Source: Eledone cirrhosa (Eukaryota). Taken from it: a stretch of DNA of 64,000 nucleotides. Both the position numbers and the translations under genes were made by a program. The notes under the pieces are model-generated. The model did not search any database, was not told the DNA's origin, and saw only the letters and a list, made by a program, of their open reading frames with translations. Where the stretch lies: the NCBI GenBank assembly GCA_964016885.1, contig OZ024742.1, positions 48,980,001 through 49,044,000 of the forward strand, written 5' to 3'. This document shows positions 41,625 to 54,579 of the stretch, piece after piece. Position 1 is the stretch's first letter. The number at the start of each line of letters is the position of its first letter.

Positions 41625-41690
41625 TATTTCATTATATATATTTCAGGGATATCATATTAACAATATGTTATGCCTTCCTCAGACAAAATA
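41625..41690 (-). ncRNA. Type I hammerhead ribozyme (family D)
   Basis: Reverse complement of 41812-41877. Confidence 0.72.
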
Positions 41691-41811
41691 CAATATAGAC
41701 AGTTTTATAGATAAATAGATTTGATATACCGTTCAACATCGACTTGTATTTGAAAAAGTTGATTTGGCAGTGAAAAATTGTTGATTTGGCAGTATAAAAC
41801 TGTCTATATTG

Positions 41812-41877
41812 TATTTTGTCTGAGGAAGGCATAACATATTGTTAATATGATATCCCTGAAATATATATAATGAAATA
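41812..41877 (+). ncRNA. Type I hammerhead ribozyme (family D)
   Basis: TATTTTGT-CTGAGGA-AGG..CCT-GAAA-TATATA-TA-ATGAAATA; palindromic stem III. Confidence 0.75.
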
Positions 41878-42004
41878 AATATGGTTTTATAAATATAGTT
41901 TCCATTTATTTAATATCGTAAATATACTCCAAATACTTGTTGAGTGCTTTTATATCAGTTATAAATATTTACTAGTTGTAACCCAACAATTTAAATATAA
42001 CTTT

Positions 42005-42060
<56 letters not shown>

Positions 42061-42560
42061 ATGCATGCATGTATATATGTGTGTATGGATATATATCTGT
42101 ATATGTGTGTTTATATATATTTATGTATATGTGTATATACACGTGCGCGTATGTATAGAGCCTTTTGTGTTTGTATATATGTATGTGTGTGTGGGTGTAT
42201 ACCATCTTTTTTATATGTGTGTGTGTGTGTTTGTGTGTACATATATGAGTCCATATATATTTGTGTGCATGTGTATGTGTGTATTTATGTTCGTGTATGT
42301 GTGTATGTGTGTGTGCATGTGCATGTGTGTGTGTTTTTATGTTCGTATTCCCATGTAGACGCAAATACGGTTATTTGAGTAAGTATACATCTACGTACTA
42401 TTATATATATGCGCATGGTTGAGTATGTGTATGATTATGTTCTGGATATTTATTTATATATTTTCTCCTAATACCTTTATGCCCTTTTTTTCAGCCTCAC
42501 TTTCATATTTCCTAAATTTTGTTTTCAAATCCCTATTTAATAAAAACCCCATGTTATTTA

Positions 42561-42647
42561 TTTATTCTGACGACTGAAGACAGACATAACATCTGCCTTC
42601 AAGAATCCACTGGTAAATGAAATAATTTTCTTATGTTGTTTATTATA

Positions 42648-42689
<42 letters not shown>

Positions 42690-42728
42690 TATAATAAACA
42701 ACATAAGAAAATTATTTTATTTACCAGT

Positions 42729-42730
<2 letters not shown>
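42561..42730 (+). ncRNA. Degenerate hammerhead (GAAA changed to GAAT) followed by a short inverted repeat around (TA)n
   Basis: TTTATT-CTGACGA-cTGAAG..CTTCAa-GAAT-CCACTGG-TA-AATGAA; 42607-42652 is mirrored at 42685-42730. Confidence 0.5.
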
Positions 42731-42796
<66 letters not shown>

Positions 42797-43397
42797 TTCT
42801 GTATGTGTGTGTGTCCGTGTGAGGCGCAAAAGACAGATTGAATCGAAAATTCATGGACATATCTCTCGGCATCAATCAACTCCTGGAGGTCCTTATGGTT
42901 TCAGTGCTTTATGTTGACACCATTGCCTTCAATACATATGTGTGTGGAATATAATACAACACTGAATATATTACTGAATAATTCAACAGATGTTGACGTA
43001 ATGTAATCCTAGAATGTCTACATCAAAATGAGCATTGAGGAAAATAATTATCATCTCAGTTCCATTGAACGAGTGACAAGTTCACGCCATGCATATGCAA
43101 ACATATTATATTAGGATTATTTTCCATAGACTAGTCATAAGTGATACACTACATTTGCAACGTTATTTTCAATGATTATAGTTTATCAGAAGACAGGCTG
43201 GTTAGAGCTGGTCTCGAAATCTTCCCTTTATGCTAATAATGTCATTAGAATTTATTCAAATGTCGGCAACCTCCAGCAAAATGAAACAAAGGATATACAG
43301 ACAGGTTTTTTAAACTAAAGCAGATATCAAAATTACCCACTTTTTCGGAACACTACTTGTCTCGTATGTGTGTGTATAACAGATATTATTATAGTAC

Positions 43398-43752
43398 GGC
43401 GGTGGATTGTCAGTATCGGTAGAGGGTCGGACGCCATGCTTTCCAGCATAGTTACGTCCCTTTACGGTATGAGTTGAAATCCCGTCGAGGAAAACTTTGC
43501 CTTTCAACCTTACGGGGTCGATAAAATAAAGTACCAGTAATGCACTGGGTAATTGATGGCCTTGTGCCAAATGTAGAAACAATTATTATAGTATCGGTAG
43601 AGGGTTGGACACGATGGTTTGTAGCATAGAGTTACATCCCTTTACTGTCTGAGTTCAAATCCTGCCGAGGTTAACTTTACTTTTCATCCTTACAGGGTCG
43701 ATAAAATAAAGTACCAGTAATACACTGGGTAATTGCTGGCCTTCAACAAAAA
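43398..43752 (+). mobile_element. Two head-to-tail tRNA-derived SINE copies
   Basis: Full copy 43398-43588 followed directly by a slightly 5'-truncated copy 43589-43752. Confidence 0.88.
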
Positions 43753-43792
43753 TACCTAGCTATGTAATTGACATTGTATATATATATATATA

Positions 43793-43922
43793 AAGAAGGA
43801 AATGTGGTAAGGAACCAAATGGACCATAACGCGCCAAAGTACTCAATACTTAGGGTAGTAGAGTGGGTAATAGGAACGAGTAGGACCCCGACGGCTGAGC
43901 TCAAGCCGTTTCCACGGCTATG
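43793..43922 (-). repeat. Short terminal fragment of the 5340-7400 family (3' half of the hammerhead plus tail)
   Basis: Matches 5340-5462; abuts (TA)n. Confidence 0.85.
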
Positions 43923-44059
43923 CTACTGTAGGCCCCTGCACTGCTAACATATGGAATATAGTCTAATAAAAATGAATAAAAGATTACATAGATGATTATT
44001 TTTCTAACATCGATAGTGCTCTTAAGTTAACGTAAGAAGCCAATTCATCAAGCAAGCAA

Positions 44060-45180
44060 AAGAAGCCAATTACTTTTCCATGATATTTGACTGCACTCCT
44101 TTTAGTTCATATAAGGATCAAGTCAAGTTTTACGCTACGTAAAATGATGCCACAAACTTTAATTTATTTCGATGTAAATAAATTAAAGTTTGTGGAATCA
44201 TTTGTAGATTTCATTGAAACAAAAGGTAAAACCGCCGACAATATTTCAATGATGATTTTGGAAAAATTAGGGAAGGGCGGAATTGAAATTCAAAATTGTA
44301 GAGCAAATAATAAGGCTGCGGTTATAGCTGGTCGACATATTAGTGTTCAGAAACATACCACGGAAATTAATTGAAAAGCAGAATGTGTTGCTTGACCAAA
44401 TCACTCCCTGAATTTAAAGGGTATTCAAGAACTTTTATTTGTATTTCCTTCTCCGTCAACCCAGCGCTGGAATGTTCTACCACCAGTCACTGGTCAAATT
44501 GTAAAGCGCATAATCGAAATTCGGTAGAGTGCGAAAAGGAAAGCTGTAAGTGTTGTAAAGAAACATTTTTCAAGAATCTTAAGTGTTCTAGAAAAGTTAA
44601 GAAGAAAATAGATCTACAAGTTGCAGATGCTGGTGTTCTACTTGATGCATTGCAATCATTTTCCTTATTGTGCTTTCTTGGCCTGTGGGGATCCGTCTTT
44701 CTAGATATTAACCACACACAGATCTACCTCCAAACCAAAGGTCTGAGCATACAATAATGTGATACATACCTCATGGTATTAGAAATATTTCTAGCTGTAA
44801 ACAGGGACAAGCTAATGAGCAGTGTAGTTAACTATGCTAAAAAAAATTGTAATGATCTAGGGATAGTAATGAAGCATCAGTGTCGACCCAAAAAGAAGAA
44901 ATAAATGTTTGGTGAAGCCGTACGAGATGCTGAATTGCAAAATGACATTGAATTGAGGCGAAACATGATTTCTTCTTTGAGATTTCTACAGCTTCATGAA
45001 CTTGCTGACAAATATGACTTCCTTGCGTTGAATCTTTTGGGTGATACATATGAGCGTCAAATAGATCACAATCACAACTATATTGATAACGATAAGTTCC
45101 TAGTTGAGATGAAAATATTTCAGCATTTTATTGCTGAAATATTCGAATCTACAAATTGTTCTCCTCTTACAACTTTAACC
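44060..45180 (+). pseudogene. hAT-superfamily transposase relic
   Basis: ESFVDFIETKGKTADNISMMILEKL..IQNCRA..AAVIAGRHISVQK and LQSFSLLCFLGLW..INHTQIYLQTKG resemble hAT (Tip100/ZMYM-like) core segments; many indels and stops. Confidence 0.7.
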
Positions 45181-45723
45181 ACCTGTTTTTTTTTTTTTTA
45201 TCTAAAATCCAAAATCAACATCCTTCGTAACTCATATTAGAAATGTAAACAACTAGTATTTGTAAATTATTTCTATTTCTATAATACTTATACATGCACA
45301 ATTATTAATCTATATAGATATTTATATACATATAACTTATTGTAATGTAATAAGATAAAATATACTTATAACCATAATTCTTCATATAATTTAATTGATT
45401 ATATATACAATATTATAACTCATAATATAGCTAAATAAATTTAAATTCTAGAATCATATTCCACCTTTCCTTTTAAATTAACGTAAATACAAGCACTTCT
45501 TCCTTTTTGTTCTTTCTTTTTCCTACTCGTACATTTAAATTCTGCATAGCGTCTAAAATAACGGGGTTTTTTTCAACCCTATACCTCTACCTCATTTGCA
45601 TACTCATCTTAATAATTTGAAATATCTGACTTTTCTTCTCTTATTCCTTCACTATCCAAGGAAAACTTGAACCGTTAAGGTATCTTTTTCTTGGTTATGT
45701 CAACATTTATAAAACAAACTTTG

Positions 45724-45784
45724 TATTTCATCTGATGAAAGCGTACCAAAGTTGTTCTACCCTTGAAATATATATAATAGAATA
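45724..45784 (+). ncRNA. Type I hammerhead ribozyme (family D relative)
   Basis: TATTTCAT-CTGATGA-AAGcGTA..TACcCTT-GAAA-TATATA-TA-ATAGAATA; stem II sequence differs from 41812 but is still paired. Confidence 0.72.
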
Positions 45785-45930
45785 AATATGATTTTATAAA
45801 TATAGTTTCCATTTATTTAATATCATTGAATATTATACTCCAGAAAACCTTCCGAGTGCTCTGAATCAGTTATAAACATTTACATTTGCTGAATTACCAA
45901 CAAATTCAATATCCCTTTTGCTTATCTCTA

Positions 45931-45963
<33 letters not shown>

Positions 45964-45979
45964 GAGTGTGTGTGAGTGT

Positions 45980-46059
<80 letters not shown>

Positions 46060-46474
46060 ATATATAAATGCATGTTATATGCATATTCTTCTTCCCTACT
46101 TTGCATTGTAGCGACTTCCTAAACATACGCACCTATTCATGAGAATAAATGCATCTAATTCTGTAGCAGGGCTTCAGCATTGAAGTGTCTGATGTGGTGA
46201 TGATGGCCGTGGGGGTGGGGAGTTGGTAGTGAGGCAATGAGAGAACCTGTGGGAGGCAGTTGGAGTTACTAATGTTTCTCTACGATCTTTAGGGTTAGGA
46301 TTTGAGAAATTATGATAAAGGCAAGTTGTGTTTCCGTTCTGGTTGAGAATGTACCATTTAACTGTTGACATGCCAAAGCCACGTCTTTGTACAGATACAC
46401 ACGTAAGTATGCGTGTACATACACTTCTATTCAGACACATATTTTCACATACCCGGAAATAACTATGTATGTAC

Positions 46475-46523
<49 letters not shown>

Positions 46524-46610
46524 CCTGTACGTATGTACGTATGTGTAAGCATATATATATATATACATATATATGCTTACACATATACACATATACACAC
46601 ACACGCATAG

Positions 46611-46646
<36 letters not shown>

Positions 46647-47054
46647 TTATATATTTATATATATATATATACAAATATATCGAGACAAAGAGATCAAACG
46701 GTCAATTAGTATATCGTTGAAATCCCCACACAATCACCTGAACTATAACCACTAACACTAAAACAAATGCAAGCAAATAAATAAATATTATAAAAATTAA
46801 AAAAGCTAATGGCGATATAAAGAAAAAAGAAACGATATGCATGAAGGACAAATGTCAGTGAAGTGAATTATAACTTGTCATGGTGGAACTACTGCACCGT
46901 ATGAAACCAAAAAATAATATTTGATCAAAGATAACATTCTCTTATATTCAGCACAAATCAAAGACCTCCGCAGACAATCTGTCACGTGAGTAAACTATTA
47001 ATTGCTCACTAATTGCACACACATTAACTTCCGTCCATTCTACTCGCTAATTTC

Positions 47055-47500
<446 letters not shown>

Positions 47501-47664
47501 TTGATTTCTCTTATTTTATTTCTTTCATCTTCCATTCCTTCCGTCCTCTCTACCCTCTTGTGTCTTTCTCTCTCAAGAATTTCACCAAACGAGATTTGAT
47601 GTTATCGCTTGGTCAAATGTTGTTTCCTTTGTTTGCGGTTTTTTATTTTTTTAGTGTTTATATA

Positions 47665-48255
47665 TAATAATAATAATTGTTTCTACTTTTGGCACAAGGC
47701 CAGCAAATTAAATCAGTGCATTACTGGTACTTTATTTTATCGACCCCGTAGGGATGAAAGGTAAAGTTAACCTCGGCTGGATTTGAACTCAGACCATAAA
47801 GGGCCGTAATTCTATGCTGAAAAGCATGGCGTCCGACCTTCAACCGATACTGCCAATTCGCCGCCCTCGGCGGTATTTGAACTCAGAATGGCAAGCGCCG
47901 TAACTATATGCGTCAAAGCATGGCGTCAAGGGGAACCAGGTTCAAATCGGGCCGAGGTTATCTTTGCCTTTCATCCTTACGGGGTCGATAAAATAAAGCA
48001 CCAGTAATACACTGGGATAATTGCTGGCCTTGTGCCAAATGTAGAAACAATTATTATTATTGGTGAACTGGCAGTTTCGGTAGAGCGTCAGACGCCATGC
48101 TTTAAAGCATAGATTTATGGTCCTTTATGTTCTGAGTTCAAATCACGCCGAGGTTAACTTTGCTTTCATTCTTACAGGGTCGATAAAGTAAAGTAGCAGT
48201 AAGGCAGTGGGCTATTGCTGGCCATGTGCCAAAAGTAGAAACATTATTATTATTA
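47665..48255. mobile_element. Cluster of four SINE pieces in divergent orientation (two on -, two on +)
   Basis: 47665-47866 full (-), 47867-47927 partial (-), 47935-48060 partial (+), 48061-48255 full (+). Confidence 0.85.
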
Positions 48256-48575
48256 ACACTCTGCTTATGAATGAGTCCGGCCATAGTATAACACCAAATG
48301 TACAATACCACATATATACTAAAACGGACCCTCCTATACATCGAGTGCTCAAGTTGGTGAATCTATAGTAACATAAAGTTACAGATCATTAAACTATATA
48401 TATATATATATATCCAAGGAGTGTAACGTGTAGTTACTTTAGGTTCACCCAGGTGAGCACGCCATGTTCATAGATTAACGTCTGTAACGAGATGTAGAGC
48501 TAAACAGTGTAAATATAAAAATACAAGGACGATTTGTTATATCTTCATTGTTCATTCTGTCATTACCACAGCAGA

Positions 48576-48660
48576 GGTCTGACGAGCTTTTGATTCCAGA
48601 GTCGGGTCAGATCGATACAGATCGAACTTTGAGCTGATTAATAGCGAAACGTGCGTCACC
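48576..48660 (+). ncRNA. Type I hammerhead ribozyme (family E), PLE-type
   Basis: GGT-CTGACGA-GCT..AGC-GAAA-CGTGCG-TC-ACC with GUC site and near-palindromic stem III, followed by AATAAA; enclosed by a 26-bp inverted repeat 48524-48549 / 48674-48699. Stem I is only 3 bp. Confidence 0.7.
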
Positions 48661-48725
48661 AATGAATAAACGTAATGAAGATATAACAAATCGTGCTTGC
48701 TTTATTATTATTAATATTATTATTT

Positions 48726-48906
48726 GGGGGTGGATTGGCAGTATCGGTAGACGGTCGGACACCATGCTTTCTAACATAGTTACGTCCTTTTACAGTCCCG
48801 CCAGGTTAACTTTGCCTTTCATCCTTAAGGCGTCGATAAAATGAAGTACCAGTAATGTACTGAGTCATTGCTGGCCTTGTGCCAAAAGTAGAAACAATTA
48901 TTATTA
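48726..48906 (+). mobile_element. tRNA-derived SINE with B-box deletion
   Basis: Matches the family consensus but lacks GAGTTCAAAT. Confidence 0.8.
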
Positions 48907-48923
48907 TCATATATATATATATA

Positions 48924-49127
48924 GGGTAGTAGAGTGGGTAAGACCCCGACGGCAGAGCTCAAGCCGTTTCGACGGCTATTTCTGGACTCGAGTCCAGCAA
49001 TAGCCGTCGAAACGGCTTCTGCTCTGCCGTCGGGGTCTTACTTGTTCCTTTTTTCCACTCTACTACCCTAAGTATTGAGTACTCTGGTGCGTTATGGTCC
49101 ATCTGGTTCCTTACCACAATTCCTTTG

Positions 49128-49130
<3 letters not shown>
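48924..49130. repeat. Palindromic terminal fragment of the 5340-7400 family (centre GACTCGAGTC, about 48988)
   Basis: GACCCCGACGGC..CTGGACTC / GAGTCCAG..GCCGTCGGGGTC; (TA)n on both sides. Confidence 0.85.
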
Positions 49131-49190
<60 letters not shown>

Positions 49191-49473
49191 ACATCGCATA
49201 AAATCTGCATATTTGTTGCAGGTTAGTAGATGATAAAGGATATGCTAATGGTGATGGGATTTCGACGATGAGCATTCAGCCATTCTATCAAATGAACACA
49301 CGACTCTTGAATTTACCTGTCATGGTTGGGTATTCCACAGACATGTGTACTCATATATAATTCTCAGGTAAAAATAGCGTGACACAATATTTAACAAGGC
49401 TCACATTTGAATATAAGGTATAAACCCTGAAATCTGACTTTTCAGGGCTTTTCAGTCACAACCACTATTATTA

Positions 49474-49685
49474 TTTGGCAGTATCGGTAGACAGTCGGAC
49501 AGGCTATGCGGCACATAGTTACAGCCGTTTGTTTTTTTATTTTAAATTCCACCGTGGTTAGCTTTGACTTTCATCCTTACGATATTGACATAATATAGTA
49601 TCAGTAACGCACTGGGGTTGATTTAATCGACTTTCCCCTTACCTTCATATTGCTGGTCTCGTGCTGGAAAAAGAAACAATTACTA
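49474..49685 (+). mobile_element. tRNA-derived SINE, diverged
   Basis: TGGCAGTATCGGTAG head; CTTTCATCCTTAC body. Confidence 0.7.
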
Positions 49686-50705
49686 TTTTGGAATTTGAGA
49701 GTTTAATTGTTTTCATCAAGTATCACTGGGTCCAAACCATGGTCAAAGGTTCGGACAAGGTATATGTGGTTACTTTATTACAGTATTCCTCGTAGTATAT
49801 CTGTTATTTCTTGATTATCATTCTTAGTAACTGATACAATTTTTAGGGAATTTGATACCATAAACTCTACAGAGGTTTCAATGTACATATGCTGATCTTT
49901 TGTTGCGGCAGTAGATATATTCACTTTTGCAAATATTAGTTCGCCCAAGTTGATGTTGTCAGTGGTTTCCTTATAGGTTCTACACATCCTGAACATTCTG
50001 TCCGTACTATCATTGACGAAGCAAATGGTTATAAAACATTGATATTGATCTGGTTGTAAAACATTGATATTGAACGGTGATGATAAAGCCCTCTTTGAGA
50101 AATTCATTTCTCTGTAACCTTACACAAATTGCTCTTGTATAAAAGACTGCCTTGCTTGGCAATGCATCTATATATACACTCAGAAACTATTGTCTGTTTA
50201 CGCTTATTCTTGAGACACGGCACACAGCAGAAGATCCAGTAATCATAATATTTACAGTGCAAAACATCAATAATAATAAAATATTATCAATAATATGTGT
50301 TTCTATCATCTTTTATTGCAAATTGACGTTTATTTTTTACCATTACGTAAAGAGTCGTCTTAAATAAAATAATACAACAACAAAGGTTGTTATTACAACG
50401 TGATAGATTCAACTTCAGCAGGTGTAGCATCCAGGGAAAATAAATTCTATATGAGAAGTAATGAATTTCAAAATTATTATTATTCATAACATAACAACAT
50501 TCAGCTAAAACAACAACAATCAGTAAATACTGCAAGTTAATTTATAACCAGACAAATGAGTATTTCTATTTCGTTGAGAATCAACAACTTCTATGACATT
50601 CATACAATTGTAAACCAGACGATTCTTTGGTATTGGCAAAACAAATTATTATTTCAAATTCTAAACAAACAAGTTCATAGAGACATACAAACAATATATA
50701 CACAC

Positions 50706-50834
<129 letters not shown>

Positions 50835-50940
50835 TCTATGTATGTATGTATATATAAATATATATATATGAAAATATATAATCACCAACCTCTGTCATGC
50901 TTTGATGTTGACGAACCAGGCAAGCTTCTCTCTTTTTGCC

Positions 50941-51020
<80 letters not shown>

Positions 51021-51315
51021 GTTGTGTGTGTGTGTGTGTGTGTGTGTACATTTATATATATTACATATATATATATAGAGAGAGGGGGGGGCTGAATTTT
51101 AAAATTGAATTAGATTTTAGTGCATTTTTTATAAAATAAAATATTTTTATAACGGACGGTATAAGCCGACTGTACGGAGCAATCTTTTGTCGTTCAATGG
51201 GCTTATACGCCTTGTTATAAAACTATTTTAATCCGTAAAAAGTAAAAAGTACGGCGAGGTTTTCTAATCCAATCTCTCTCTCTCTCTCTCTCTCTCTTCC
51301 CGAGTCGTTACAACG

Positions 51316-51450
51316 TTGGCTAGAATGTTTGGTGATAGTCGTTCTGGCTCTCTGCTCTCTGAGTTCAAATCGCACCGAGGTAAAATATCACTTTCATCTA
51401 TTCGAGGTCGGCGCAAAATGGATCAACCTAGTATCTTGGTCGATTCTTCC
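51316..51450 (+). mobile_element. tRNA-derived SINE, diverged
   Basis: GAGTTCAAATCG B-box, CTTTCATCTATTCGAGGTCGG body. Confidence 0.55.
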
Positions 51451-51813
51451 TCTATCTATCATTCTTAAATCCTCTCTCATTTCTATCCTTCGCTGGAAGA
51501 AATCCGATGTGTTCAGACATGTATAGGGATGGGGCCCACCACGCTTAAATTGCACTAGAAAAGACATTACAGCACCCGCACCACCCCTCCAGGAGTTACA
51601 AGACTTTGTAGGCATGCATTAGGTTTTTCAGCCTTCGGTACCATTGAAGTCAGCGTTGTTACTATTTTTTAGACAAACACTTGGACTACAATTACTCAAT
51701 GTGCGGAACCATCTATCTGGTAGTGTAAAGTTGATGAATCGAGTTCATATCTTATCGACTGACATGTAAAGTGTATATAACGTGGAGGACGATAGAATAA
51801 AGGAGTTTATTTA

Positions 51814-51844
<31 letters not shown>

Positions 51845-52379
51845 GAGTGTGTGTGTGTGCGTGCGTGTGTGTGTATATATGTGTGTGTGTGTGTTGGTTA
51901 ATCTCCAACACTTCAGTATGCAGGGTAGAGCACTCGAGAAAGTGCGCGGGTGCGTCTGCTTACACCGGAGTATATTTAAAAAACAAGAAGTATAAGTCAA
52001 CAGGTTAAAATTAACTTCGTTTATTCATAGTTGGTGTTATATATATTTGGCCGATAACCGTAACATCTATGACTTCATCAGACAACTAGAATGTTTATGT
52101 AGGCTACATATAGTCTCCCCATTGGCATCATTATCTTGATTCCAGAGATCATACCCATATATATTATTTATTGGTATGCTACATCTTCACCAGCGGTTGA
52201 TTCGCTAGACATATTTGCCAAGTAGTTTCCAATCCAAACCTAGAATCTTAATAAATTCATTAACATATGTGTAATGAAAGACAAAGTTAAATCATTTTGA
52301 AAACAATCAATAATTTGGACAGATTTAGTAATGTAACTCCGTGGTAGCAATAATGAGCTTCTGATGACCGAGTGATTAG

Positions 52380-52645
52380 TAATCTTGTCATTGTGATGGA
52401 CAATACCAAATATCACTCTAATCTCCCTGAATCAACACGGAAAGAATCATGGAAGAATGTTCATATGCAGGCAACCTGTCGAGAACGAGAGATTCCATTC
52501 GAAGCAAGAGATATGAAGTGTATGTTGTGGGAAAAACTGAGGTAGCAAACAAACTACACGTCTTTCCAGTCGTTTCTTCATGACAAGATAAAGAGGTCAT
52601 GAGGTCATCTTTTCTCCACTGCATCATTCCGATTTGCAGCAGATA
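52380..52645 (+). pseudogene. IS630/Tc1-mariner (DDE_3-type) transposase relic
   Basis: Manual translation across frameshifts: NLVIVMDNTKYH (cf. VIVMDNAxYH) and RGHEVIFSPLHHSDLQQI (cf. GHxVLxLPPYHxDLNPIE). Confidence 0.6.
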
Positions 52646-54078
52646 CTTTGGTGCGTGGAAACGTCCTCTGGCAAAGAACAGGAAAAAACGAATATAATAC
52701 GTCATTATTTGGAGCGTTGAAAAACAATTACACGCAAAGACAAAACCACGTTTATGGTATAAAAGAATTCGTAGAGATAAAATTATATTAAGTGGTTCAT
52801 AGAGACGTTCTCTGGCAATGAACGGAAAAAACGAAGATAATACGTCATATGTGGAGCGTAGAGAACAATTGCACGCAAAAGACAAAACCACGTAAATCGT
52901 ATAACTGAAGTCGTAGACTAAAATTCTAACTAAGGCTAGATCGTATATCGGAAATAAAAGACCATGTGACCTCTGCGCCGCTGAGGCCCTGGAAATACTC
53001 TACGTCAAAGACCACATCTTAAACAAAAAATCTGAGGCAATTTCGGCTTGTAAACATAAATTGCACAAACTTTCCTGTATTACAGCCCCACATTATACCC
53101 TAAAGGATAGTACGAACTATACGCGGATATTTTACGTCTTGATGTGGTAGCTAAGTATATGTTATGTTTATACCATTACTTATTTGTATAGGTAAGTATA
53201 TATTACTTGTATGTTTTGTGAAGGTACGTATACATTCTAGTACGTATATTTGATTGTATATGTTATGCCATATATATTATATTTTCTGGTACATATGCTT
53301 TTGGTTATGTGTAAACCCGAGTTTTGTTTCTGTGTGAGTATGCGGGTTCGTACGTATGTAGTGTGTGTGTATATGTGTACTTTGTGTTTTGGTTGACGTT
53401 TATCCGAACATATATGTATTTACATGAAGGTATGTGTGTGCGCTTGTTATATACGTATTTATTTATTTATATACGTTTATTTAATTACATGTATATACGC
53501 ACACACACACACATATATATGTATATATATTTTTTTATATATATTTTTATGTGTATTCGGTGTATACATTCGTATGCGTGAGGGTACAGGCGTTGCGTGG
53601 GTTCTGTATGTGCGTGCGGGGGGTTTTTTTGTGTACGTGCGTGTATTTGTATACCTATGGCGAGTGTTTTCGCGTATGCTTGTGTATGTACGTATATGGA
53701 TGCGTGTATGTATTTATTTCATTTCAATTACCTCTGTATTTTATTTACTTTATTCTTAACTCTGAAGCCGAGATTCATTCGGTTTCCCAGTTAGAATTTT
53801 AGTCTACGACTTCAGTTATACGATTTACGTGGTTTTGTCTTTGCGTGCAATTGTTCTCCCCGGTCCACATATGACGTATTATCTTCGTTTTTTTTTCGTT
53901 CATTGCCAGAGAACGTGTCTATGAACCACCTAATAGAATATTAGTCTACGACTTCTTTTATACCATAAACGTGGTTTTGTCTTTGCGTGTAATTGTTTTT
54001 CACCGCTCCAAATAATGACGTATTATATCCGCTTTTTCCTGTTCTTTGCACGGGAACGTTTCCACGCACCAAAGTATC
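52643..54078. mobile_element. ~290-bp inverted arms (52643-52931 / 53790-54078), each with a ~146-bp internal tandem, enclosing a Penelope-like 3' end
   Basis: Arms are reverse complementary; the spacer holds a PLE C-terminal coding remnant and a TG-rich UTR. Confidence 0.75.
52920..53080 (+). pseudogene. C-terminus of a Penelope-like GIY-YIG endonuclease
   Basis: Manual translation KILTKARSYIGNKRPCDLCAAEALEILYVKDHILNKKSEAISACKHK (CxLC..E..I..LNKxSE..CxH motif). Confidence 0.7.
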
Positions 54079-54216
54079 GTCTTCTTGTCTTCCTCCGGTT
54101 GCAACGTTTTTTGAAATATTTACTTCTGCGTTCACAGATTTACTTTGTTAGTTTCAGAAGATCCCGTTAAGGGTGAAAGCAGCGATTCTTTGCTTAAATT
54201 TTAATCTGTTATTTTA

Positions 54217-54261
<45 letters not shown>

Positions 54262-54264
<3 letters not shown>

Positions 54265-54475
54265 TGGCTGCCAACTCGTTTTCGAGTACGGCCACTACTT
54301 TATATCCATGTAGGAGAACCTCTACCGATGCGCTTAACGAGTGTCACTTTTTAGTCCAGCCAGCAACTTGAAAACTCTGGTACAAACACTACACTTGTGA
54401 CAATTATTGACATATAGTGCAGAGAGATCTCCAGATATAAAGCAATGCCTGTGGCGTGAAGTTTTTATAGTGAGC
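54262..54475 (-). mobile_element. Truncated copy 3 of the ~610-bp RTE-related element
   Basis: Matches 4623-4866 with an internal deletion; (TA)n and (CATA)n flanks. Confidence 0.8.
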
Positions 54476-54579
54476 ATACATACATACATACATACACACG
54501 CGTGTATGTATGAAAATGTATTGATCTATCTGTATGTGCTTAGTCAATAAGTCCTTGTAGAATAATCTAATGGGGGTGA

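Larger units (their letters stand above)
41582..42008. mobile_element. Fold-back element (arms 41582-41709 / 41793-41920) with a hammerhead in each arm; family D
   Basis: Essentially perfect ~128-bp arms; the right arm continues to (TA)n and is homologous to 45720-45920. Confidence 0.85.

Noticed and set aside
49730-50110. 109-aa minus-strand ORF, possibly a DNA-transposase relic or host exon
   Set aside because: No motif recognisable with confidence; needs a profile search.
52035-52087. Minus-strand hammerhead-like motif TGT-CTGATGA..CAAA-TATATA-TA-ACA
   Set aside because: GAAA box is mutated; counted only as a probable dead remnant.
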